Of a DNA stretch of 55,154 bases, positions 44,464 through 51,204 are shown piece by piece. Made by a program: the position numbers and the translations under genes. Location of the stretch: positions 2,531 through 57,684 of the forward strand of contig LCIE01000003.1 in assembly GCA_001000865.1 (NCBI GenBank). The letters run 5' to 3'. Under the pieces are notes generated by a model. That model ran no database searches, was not told the origin of the DNA, and saw only the letters and a program-made list of their open reading frames with translations. The first letter of the stretch is position 1, and each line of letters starts with the position of its first letter. The DNA is from Candidatus Collierbacteria bacterium GW2011_GWC2_44_18. Lineage in GTDB: Bacteria > Patescibacteriota > Microgenomatia > UBA1400 > MFAQ01.

Positions 44464-44742
44464 TTGGTAAAAGGCGGTCTGGGCATAGGGCATTTTGGTC
44501 TATATAGAGTTCGGGTTTCCCGACCTCCAGTGCCTAGCCTTGTTCCCGGAATTTGCTTTAGTGCCGGTGCGACTCCGTGCCCGGGTTTTAAGCCCGATTC
44601 CACCTTCCGGTGGGAGAAGTTGACAAAGAAGTACCGCGTTTGAACCGTATTACCGACTGGTTCAAAAAGGTGCCCTCCACTGGGGGGTGAACTTCTGAAG
44701 TCAGCTATTGAGCCTCTTGTGAAAACGAGAGGCTTATTTTTT
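44464..44742 (+). ncRNA. candidate structured ncRNA of unknown class (~280 nt)
   Basis: Bounded by the consensus promoter and an intrinsic terminator, with no plausible CDS. It is locally GC-rich and has several clean hairpins: GAGuuCGGGuuuCCCGacCUC, CCGGUGCG-acuc-CGUGcCCGG, CCACC-uucc-GGUGG, UUUGAACC-12nt-GGUUCAAA. Confidence 0.45.
44711..44742 (+). terminator. intrinsic terminator
   Basis: AGCCTCTTG-tgaaaa-CGAGAGGCT stem-loop followed by TATTTTTT. It lies 5 nt from the stop of the convergent M23 gene. Confidence 0.7.
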
Positions 44743-44746
44743 GGGC

Positions 44747-45880
44747 TTATTGGACGTGAAGATAGAAACTGACTACCTCATCAGGATGTTCGATATAGAC
44801 GATGTGAATGGTACTGGAACCACAGGCCTGCGAAGACTTAAATAAGGTTCCGTCGGCTGGTGCACGGATAACATCACTACTCGTAGATACCATGTCATAG
44901 CCCGTGTGTTTACCACCGGAATATTTGTACCTCCAAGAATAGGGTGTACTCCCATAAAATTGAGTGAGGCGAACAGTATCTTCCAACGGCCAAGTCCAGT
45001 TACCGGAGCCAATTCTAATATCTCCGCGATTATCCTGCTCGTCTTTGACTGTTTTGGGAGACAAGTATTGACCGGGGTCGGTCCACTCGCCATTTTTTCT
45101 AATTTCAAAATGTAGATGTTTGCCGGTAGAACAACCTGGATAGCCGGAATTACCGGTAAGGGCGATTGGGTCTCCCTTTTTTATTGGACCAACCTTGACT
45201 CCGGAAACCAATGCTTTTTCAATGGCTGCTTTTTCGTCTAACGCTTGTTGCAAAAGTTGTTGGTATTTTTTTTCGTTGTTTTGAGTGTCTAGAAGCATGG
45301 CTTGCTTTTCTTTTAATAATTGATTTTGAGATCTTTTTTGTGTCTCTAGTTTGGTCTTCAGTTTTTCGATTTCCTGCTGTTTGGTGACTTTGGTTTGTCT
45401 GCGGAGATCGTAATCTTTACGAGAGTTTTCTAGCTCCGAAAGAATTAATTGATCTTTTGATTTTAGGGAATTCAGATATTTTAATTTGGTGAAGTAATCG
45501 CCAACAGAATTTGTAGAAAAGATAAGATCGATAGGAGTGACTCGTGAACGGCGGTAACTTTCACGAACTCTTGCCAAATAAATCTTTGTTAGTTCTGTTA
45601 AAGATTCGTTAACAGTGTCCAAAACTCCGCTCAGAACAGTAATATCTTTTTCCAAAGAGGCAATTTGGGAGATGGTCTGGTTTACCTGCCCCTGGATGAG
45701 ATTAATTTTGGTATTGAAGACGGCAATTGCCTGCTTGTGAGTGGCTTCTTCATCACTTAGCGTCTGAAGTTTCTGGGCGCAAACATCAATCGAAGCGGCC
45801 GATCCATCACATTCGATTGCCCTGATAGGGCTTGCTGGTAGAAGAAGTAGAAGAAAAAAAACAAAAACTAACTTTCTCAT
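44747..45880 (-). CDS. EnvC-like coiled-coil M23 peptidase with permuted M23 motif order
   Basis: Signal peptide and a long coiled coil, then VKVGPIKKGDPIALTGNSGYPGCSTGKHLHFEIRKNGEWTDP (the HxH half) precedes GGKHTGYDMVSTSSDVIRAPADGTLF...IVYIEHPDEVVSFYLHVQ (the HxxxD half). It overlaps ftsX by 4 nt. Confidence 0.75.
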   Translation of the reverse strand: MRKLVFVFFLLLLLPASPIRAIECDGSAASIDVCAQKLQTLSDEEATHKQAIAVFNTKINLIQGQVNQTISQIASLEKDITVLSGVLDTVNESLTELTKIYLARVRESYRRSRVTPIDLIFSTNSVGDYFTKLKYLNSLKSKDQLILSELENSRKDYDLRRQTKVTKQQEIEKLKTKLETQKRSQNQLLKEKQAMLLDTQNNEKKYQQLLQQALDEKAAIEKALVSGVKVGPIKKGDPIALTGNSGYPGCSTGKHLHFEIRKNGEWTDPGQYLSPKTVKDEQDNRGDIRIGSGNWTWPLEDTVRLTQFYGSTPYSWRYKYSGGKHTGYDMVSTSSDVIRAPADGTLFKSSQACGSSTIHIVYIEHPDEVVSFYLHVQ

Positions 45881-46782
45881 CTGGATCTCTTAACAAATCT
45901 AGCGGCGGCAAAAAGACTAGAAATAAGAGACAGGATTAAACCGAAAGCCAGTAAACCAATTAAGAGAAAAAGGTTGACCCAGAAAGGTATAGGGAAAGAA
46001 ATAACTCCTCCAAGTCTGGGAGCGAGAAATGGGGTGGAGTAAAGAAGGGCGATGTAGCTAAAAGTCCAACCGAAGAAAGCTCCTGATAGGCCATAGATCA
46101 GAGATTCGGTAATATATGGCTTGATGATATAGATATTTTGAGCACCCAAAAGCTTAAGGGTGCTGATCTCGGTGCGTCTTCCAGAAATCTTCATGGAAAT
46201 AATAATCATGACAGTCAAAATACAGACAACCGTGAGAGCAATAATGAGTATCAGTCCGGCTCCGCGAATGGCGTTGGTCCACTTGGTGAGCTCAGAAATG
46301 ACATCCTGGGGAAAATCAATTTCTTTTTTCCCCTGTGGTGTAGCGCTGACAATGTCCGATTTCTCCAAAATAGAAACTATGGTATTGAAGGCGCTAGGAT
46401 CGGAAGCGGTGATCTCGATACTGGCAGGCAAAATATCGGCAGTGACAATACCCCAATCGGTAACAGTACCGAGTAGAACTGGATCATTACCGACGCTCTT
46501 TTTATAAATCTCCAGAGCATCTTGCTTACTAATATAAATTGCATTTTTGACACCCTGAGTAGTAGTCATGTTGCTGATTAGACCGGCTACCTGGTCTGTA
46601 GTGTGGTCGTCTTTGAGATAAGCAATGATTTGTGGTTTAGTTTCGAAATTTAGAAGAATAATATGAGAAGCGAAGGTCACCAAACTAAAAATACCCACTA
46701 CAAAAAGAGTCAAGCTAATTATAAAAACGGCAGACAGTGCTTGAAATGGTGAGCGGCGGATATTTTTGAGAGCGGTGTTCAT
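45877..46782 (-). CDS. ftsX: cell-division ABC permease-like protein FtsX
   Basis: 301 aa with TM1, a large extracytoplasmic loop and three C-terminal TM helices. ATGA overlap with ftsE, followed by the M23/EnvC-like gene. Confidence 0.8.
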   Translation of the reverse strand: MNTALKNIRRSPFQALSAVFIISLTLFVVGIFSLVTFASHIILLNFETKPQIIAYLKDDHTTDQVAGLISNMTTTQGVKNAIYISKQDALEIYKKSVGNDPVLLGTVTDWGIVTADILPASIEITASDPSAFNTIVSILEKSDIVSATPQGKKEIDFPQDVISELTKWTNAIRGAGLILIIALTVVCILTVMIIISMKISGRRTEISTLKLLGAQNIYIIKPYITESLIYGLSGAFFGWTFSYIALLYSTPFLAPRLGGVISFPIPFWVNLFLLIGLLAFGLILSLISSLFAAARFVKRSR

Positions 46783-47570
46783 TTAGATTTTATTTTACGG
46801 TTCGTAGTGTGAGACCCGCCTGCCGGACGGGCAGGTTGCTTCGGCTCGGGTACGAGACTCGCAATGACGGGGGTGGAGGGAGGCTTTCCCTCCTTGCCGG
46901 CGGGCAGGCCGTCCACATCTGAAACTATCTTACCCTTTTCCAGGTGAATGTTGCGATCCGGATTCAGGCCGATCAGAGTGACATCGTGAGTAGCCAGGAT
47001 AACCGTGGTACCGTCATCGTTGATTTTTTTGAGGAGATTAAAGATTTCAATGGAAGTGTCTTTGTCGAGGTTTCCTGTGGGTTCATCGGCAAAAAGAATA
47101 GCCGGTTCGCAAGCGATGGCTCGGGCAATAGCGGCTCGCTGAACTTCTCCACCGGATAGTTGACCTGGAAATAAGTACTCCTTCCCAGGTATGCCAACCA
47201 TTTTGAGTAATTCTGTAATCTTTTCCTGAATTTTTTTTCGATTGTATCCGCCAATCTCCAGAGCGATGGTGATATTCTCACCGATGGTTTTATCCGGAAT
47301 TATTTTGTAATCTTGAAAAACAAAACCCACTTTACGCCGAATAATGGGGATGTATTTTGGCTTTATTTGATTTAAATCCTCCCCGTCAATGACAATTTTA
47401 CCTTTAGTGGGTAGAAGATCCCGGATCAGAAGACGGCCGAGAGTGGTTTTTCCGGCTCCAGACTTGCCAGTGATTATGACAAATTCACCGGGTGAGACTG
47501 AAAAATTTACATCATCGAGGACGATATCACCATTGGGATATGACTTGGTGATGTGAGAAAAATCAATCAA
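46779..47570 (-). CDS. ftsE: cell-division ABC ATPase FtsE with a repeat-derived C-terminal extension
   Basis: GKSGAGKTTL (Walker A), LSGGEVQRAAIARA (signature), [11 protein letters not shown] (Walker B). The last ~45 aa (DGLPAGKEGKPPSTPVIASLVPEPKQPARPAGGSHTTNRKIKSK) are translated hairpin repeats 46807..46910. Confidence 0.85.
   Translation of the reverse strand: MIDFSHITKSYPNGDIVLDDVNFSVSPGEFVIITGKSGAGKTTLGRLLIRDLLPTKGKIVIDGEDLNQIKPKYIPIIRRKVGFVFQDYKIIPDKTIGENITIALEIGGYNRKKIQEKITELLKMVGIPGKEYLFPGQLSGGEVQRAAIARAIACEPAILFADEPTGNLDKDTSIEIFNLLKKINDDGTTVILATHDVTLIGLNPDRNIHLEKGKIVSDVDGLPAGKEGKPPSTPVIASLVPEPKQPARPAGGSHTTNRKIKSK
46807..46910 (+). repeat. hairpin-repeat units forming the 3' end of ftsE
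   Basis: GTGTGAGACCCGCCTGCCGGACGGGCAGGTTGCTTCGGCTCGGGTACGAGACTCGCAATGACG plus a second GC-rich hairpin (CCTTGCCGGCGGGCAGG). Confidence 0.8.
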
Positions 47571-47594
47571 GTTGTCGTTTTATATATTAATAAT

Positions 47595-47710
47595 GGATTG
47601 CCACGAAGTTCGGGTGGACGCGGGGGTCCGCCCCTACACGCAATGACGACTGGTTAATTTGCATGGATCCCCGCCCTGCCTGCCGGCAGGCAGGCTTCGC
47701 GAGGATGACG
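47595..47710 (+). repeat. two hairpin-repeat units upstream of ftsE
   Basis: GGATTGCC..GTTCGGGTGGACGCGGGGGTCCGCCCCTACACGCAATGACG (~90% identical to 48301..48353), then palindrome unit 47675..47694 ending CGCGAGGATGACG. Confidence 0.85.
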
Positions 47711-47716
47711 AAGACG

Positions 47717-48262
47717 TCATTTTGGGAGTGGCATGTTCAAGTTTTCGACCTTGACTCGACCAACGTCCATTAGCCAGCCGGTTTTCTGGCCTTTGAAAGT
47801 TTCTCCCCAAACGGTAATCTGGTGGCCCACCAAAGTATCCAGATCTATAACCGAGCTGGTCATGTAGACAGTTTGAGACAGACCACCTGGACGAACCAGC
47901 TTGTGTGTTCCTTCACCGTTTAGACCACCCTTATCGAGAACGCCAGTGGCTGTAGTGTTAAAGGCTTTTTCATCAGCAGAGCCGTAGATATCGCCGACCT
48001 TGACCCCAGATAGAGGAACTTCCGCTTGAATGTTTTTCAGACTTCCCGAAGTACCACCGTTTAGTTTCCCCCCAATGAAAGTTTTTAGAGTGGCTCCGGT
48101 ATAAAAACCGACCATGGCGACAATTACAAAAGTAGCAGTAATAAGGATGTTTGATTTGGAGATCATGTTTTTGTTAATTATTTTTGACTGGTAGACAGGA
48201 GCCTCATCAACCTCTTGGGTAACAGGATCCATTTTATCAAGATCGATTGTCTTTATTTCCAT
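47717..48262 (-). CDS. membrane-anchored hypothetical protein
   Basis: 181 aa with one TM helix (ILITATFVIVAMVGFYTGA) and a Gly-rich exported domain. Flanked on both sides by repeat clusters. Confidence 0.5.
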   Translation of the reverse strand: MEIKTIDLDKMDPVTQEVDEAPVYQSKIINKNMISKSNILITATFVIVAMVGFYTGATLKTFIGGKLNGGTSGSLKNIQAEVPLSGVKVGDIYGSADEKAFNTTATGVLDKGGLNGEGTHKLVRPGGLSQTVYMTSSVIDLDTLVGHQITVWGETFKGQKTGWLMDVGRVKVENLNMPLPK

Positions 48263-48300
48263 GACTTATCTTATCAAATTAATTGGAACTTATTTATATA

Positions 48301-48489
48301 GATTGCCGTGGAGTTCGGGCGGACGCGGGGGTCCGCCCCTACACGCAATGACGGGTGGAGGAGGGATTGCTTCGGCTCGGGTACGAGACTCGCAATGACG
48401 GGTGGAGGAGGGATTGCTTCGGCTCGGGTACGAGACTCGCAATGACGGGTGGGGTGAGACTTTACTGTCGGTAGATAGGTTGCAATGAC
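48301..48489 (+). repeat. head-to-tail array of four hairpin-repeat units, including an exact 47-bp tandem duplication
   Basis: Units 48301..48353, 48354..48400, 48401..48447 (identical to the previous unit: GGTGGAGGAGGGATTGCTTCGGCTCGGGTACGAGACTCGCAATGACG) and 48448..48489. Each ends in GCAATGAC. Confidence 0.9.
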
Positions 48490-48495
48490 AGTGAG

Positions 48496-49593
48496 TTAGG
48501 TAGCGAAGTGTTTTAACTCGGATTCGATAAAGCCATCGAGGTTGCCGTCTAAAACCGAATCCGGATTAGTTTCTTCATATTCGGTCCGCAAATCTTTGAC
48601 CAATTTATAAGGATGGAGAACATAGGACCTTATTTGGTGCCCCCAACTGGCAATTGTAGTCGTGCCTTTAATACTATTTAGTTCCTCTTGCCTTTTGGCC
48701 TCCTGAATCTCCCAAAGTTTGGATTTGAGAATTTGCATGGCAATTTTCCTGTTCGCATCCTGATAACGCTGAGTCTGACATTCAACTACAATTCCAGAAG
48801 GAACGTGCTTGATACGAACTGCGGTGCTAACCTTATTGACGTTCTGTCCACCAGCGCCGCTTGAACGACTGGCCTCAAATTCAATATCCTCATCGCGGAT
48901 TTCTACCTCGATTTCTTCGGGAAGTAGAGGAATGACATCTACTCCGGCAAAAGAAGTTTGACGAAGCTTGTCCGCATTGAAAGGTGACTGACGAACCAGA
49001 CGATGTGTCCCTTTTTCATTTTTTAAATAACCATAGGAATAACGACCATGCACAATATAAGTGACAGACTTAATACCAGCTTCCTCGCCGGGCGAGTACT
49101 CTACCGTTTCGAAACTCCAACCTCTTTTTTCAAAAAAACGGGTATACATGCGACTGAGCATACTGGCCCAGTCCATGGCTTCGGTACCTCCCTGGCCGGC
49201 CTTGACCGAGAAAACAGCCTCAGAGGCATCATATCGCCCCGATAGAAAGGTCACTAGTTCAGTCTTTTCGACATTACTCAACAAAGTTTGATAGAGAATC
49301 TTGATTTCTTCATCCAAATTTTCATCTTCCGAGTCTTTGGACATCTCAACGAGCTCTTCAAGATTATGGAGATCCGTGATTAGTTTTTCGGTAGAATCAA
49401 TCGAATCTCTAACTGCCGCCATGCCGGACATTACCTTTTTGGCACGATCTTCGTCCGACCAAAGTTCTGGGTCAGCGGACTGGGCTGTCAAACCTTCTAG
49501 TTCTTGACGAAGTGCTGGTATATCTAGTTTCGTGAGGATATCTTGAATTCTTTTTCCTAGTTCAGAAAGATCAATATTGGATTCATTGGACAT
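48496..49593 (-). CDS. prfB: peptide chain release factor 2 (uninterrupted ORF)
   Basis: SPF tripeptide (VRQSPFNA), GGQ (SGAGGQNVNKV) and QTQRYQDANR. The ORF is continuous from its Met, so there is no internal +1 frameshift site. Confidence 0.9.
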   Translation of the reverse strand: MSNESNIDLSELGKRIQDILTKLDIPALRQELEGLTAQSADPELWSDEDRAKKVMSGMAAVRDSIDSTEKLITDLHNLEELVEMSKDSEDENLDEEIKILYQTLLSNVEKTELVTFLSGRYDASEAVFSVKAGQGGTEAMDWASMLSRMYTRFFEKRGWSFETVEYSPGEEAGIKSVTYIVHGRYSYGYLKNEKGTHRLVRQSPFNADKLRQTSFAGVDVIPLLPEEIEVEIRDEDIEFEASRSSGAGGQNVNKVSTAVRIKHVPSGIVVECQTQRYQDANRKIAMQILKSKLWEIQEAKRQEELNSIKGTTTIASWGHQIRSYVLHPYKLVKDLRTEYEETNPDSVLDGNLDGFIESELKHFAT

Positions 49594-49665
49594 GGTTCAA
49601 TTTTATCCTATCCGCGAAACTATCTAAGGGGGGGGATTAAGGCTGCTATCCAGCCTGGCTAGAGA

Positions 49666-50034
49666 TTAAATCTTATAACGAGCCATTCTCGACAGAAGAG
49701 AGTTGGGGTGCTGTTCGTGAAAAAGCCGGCTCATGTCAGCCCCGCAAGTGAAAACGTCACCGCCACTATGAAGATTGCGAAATACGGTAAAGTCATATCG
49801 TGACCCATCGACGGTAATGATGCAATGTCCGGAGAGCGGATCAGGTGTTGGTGTGGGAGTAGATGTAGTGGTGGGTGTAGTAGTTAAGGTAGGTTTCGCG
49901 GTGATAAAAGGGGTTGGGGAAATTCGAATGACTGGAGGAACTGTTTGCCCCAGACGGGAAAAATATAACAGAATCGATACCAAAAGAGCGAAATTGACAA
50001 GTGAGATGAGAAAAATATTTTTGACTATTTTCAT
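49666..50034 (-). CDS. membrane-anchored cytochrome-b5-like domain protein
   Basis: N-terminal TM helix and PT linker, then HCIITVDGSRYDFTVFRNLHSGGDVFTCGADMSRLFHEQH, which resembles the b5-like core (YDVTxFxxxHPGG...G.D.T..F...H). Confidence 0.45.
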   Translation of the reverse strand: MKIVKNIFLISLVNFALLVSILLYFSRLGQTVPPVIRISPTPFITAKPTLTTTPTTTSTPTPTPDPLSGHCIITVDGSRYDFTVFRNLHSGGDVFTCGADMSRLFHEQHPNSLLSRMARYKI

Positions 50035-51117
50035 TTGAAATTAAAATCTTCAAAAACGATATCTTTATTTTTTACTCCCACTACTTTCAGCTGTGAAGCT
50101 AATGAATTCATCATCGCAACAGGACCGCACAGCATGATTCTTTTACCCACGACCCCGTTACACATCTCCATTAATTTATTAGCATCCAGATGACCGTCGA
50201 CATCAGAAATATATCGATGGTAGGTGATGCCTGATTTTCTGGATGCTAGTGTGCTGATTTCTAGGTCAAACACCGCTTCTTCTTCGGTTCCCACACAATA
50301 AAATATATCTATGTTACGAGGTTTTTGGTTTCTGATTTCATCTGTTAAAAGTAATAGAAAAGGAGTGAGTCTCCTCACCAAGGTCATCAAAACGGGCAAA
50401 GACAAACTGACCAGGATTAAAACGAATTTTCTTATCAGAAGGTACCATCTCGATAGCATACATATCTCCAATTTTCCGAATGTTTTTGACTAGATATTTA
50501 AATTTTGGACCAATAAAACCGTATAAAAATCTGCGGTAAATCACAGAGTAAACAGCAAGACTTAGTAGGAAAATGATCCACAATCTCAGAGGTAGAAACC
50601 GGCTAACGTCACTGGTAATAGTAACAACGTGGAGACAAGCAAAGAGCAGAGCAATTCCCATGAATTCGTGTGTTTTTTTCCAAAGCGAGTAAGGAAGATT
50701 GATAAGAAGGGTCAGGACTAACATCGACATCATGAAGTAGAGACTGAGGATCCCCCAGTTGTAGGGGAGCAAATTTGATATCCAGAGATATTTCCATCCA
50801 AAACCTATATCAGGAAGAACATTAAGAAGTAAAAAAATGGGATGGTGAAGAAGTAATGCAAAGGCAATACCGCCGAATAAATGATGATTTTTATAGACCT
50901 TATCCATTCCCCCGAACCAATCTTCTACAAAACGCCATCTACTGGATAAGATAAAGGAAACAGATAGCAAGGCTGTACCCACAAGAGCTAATGTTTGAGT
51001 GATTAAGAGCCAGGAAAAGACAATCCCCTCTCCCGAAACTATTTTGGATGAAAAAAATAATATCAGAGTGATCGCAGTAACAACCCAAATCATGACGATA
51101 CCGATATGGTTTTTCAT
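50031..51117 (-). pseudogene. ferric-reductase-like TM domain + FAD/NAD(P)-binding oxidoreductase, frameshifted with apparent internal deletion
   Basis: ORF 50338..51117 has a His-containing 6-TM ferric-reductase-like domain (HHLFGGIAFALLLHH; THEFMGIALLFACLH) and an FAD-domain start (PGQFVFARF...THSFSIT), then stops. ORF 50031..50471 continues in another frame from LTPFLLLL...IDIFYCVGTEEE...IMLCGPVAM. The segment normally between HPFS and GxGxTP is absent. Confidence 0.6.
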
Positions 51118-51124
51118 ACTATTT

Positions 51125-51153
51125 GATTAGAATACCAAGTATATATTCTAATC
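51125..51153. promoter_or_regulatory. 10-bp perfect inverted repeat in a divergent intergenic region (possible operator)
   Basis: GATTAGAATA-9 nt-TATTCTAATC lies between the ferric-reductase-like gene and the efflux operon, ~40 nt upstream of a TATAAA box at 51191. Confidence 0.25.
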
Positions 51154-51204
51154 CACTAATAACATTTACTAGTAATTGGCACTGTCATTGTATAAAATGA
51201 ACCT

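Noticed and set aside
44446-44643. 65-aa TTG-initiated ORF in the helicase-M23 intergenic region
   Set aside because: It has no SD, lies between a consensus promoter and a terminator in a hairpin-rich GC-rich segment, and is better explained as a non-coding RNA.
44464-44742. Assigning the RNA candidate to tmRNA, RNase P RNA, SRP RNA or 6S RNA
   Set aside because: I could not find GGAAAGUCC/ACAGAA (RNase P), a tRNA-like 3' T-arm with CCA (tmRNA), the SRP helix-8 GGAA tetraloop with its conserved flanking loops on either strand, or convincing end-to-end rod pairing (6S). The class is left open.
48301-48489. Possible CRISPR array, seen as regularly spaced units ending in GCAATGAC
   Set aside because: The units abut each other with no unique spacers, differ in length and core sequence, and belong to the dispersed hairpin-repeat family. 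No cas genes are present.
48496-49593. Alternative genetic code (UGA recoding, as in some CPR lineages), or a programmed +1 frameshift in prfB
   Set aside because: RF2 with an SPF motif is encoded, and many well-supported genes end in TGA, including ATGA overlaps (ftsE/ftsX, 38480/39631), so UGA acts as a stop. The prfB ORF is continuous from its Met, so the autoregulatory frameshift is simply absent, which is common.
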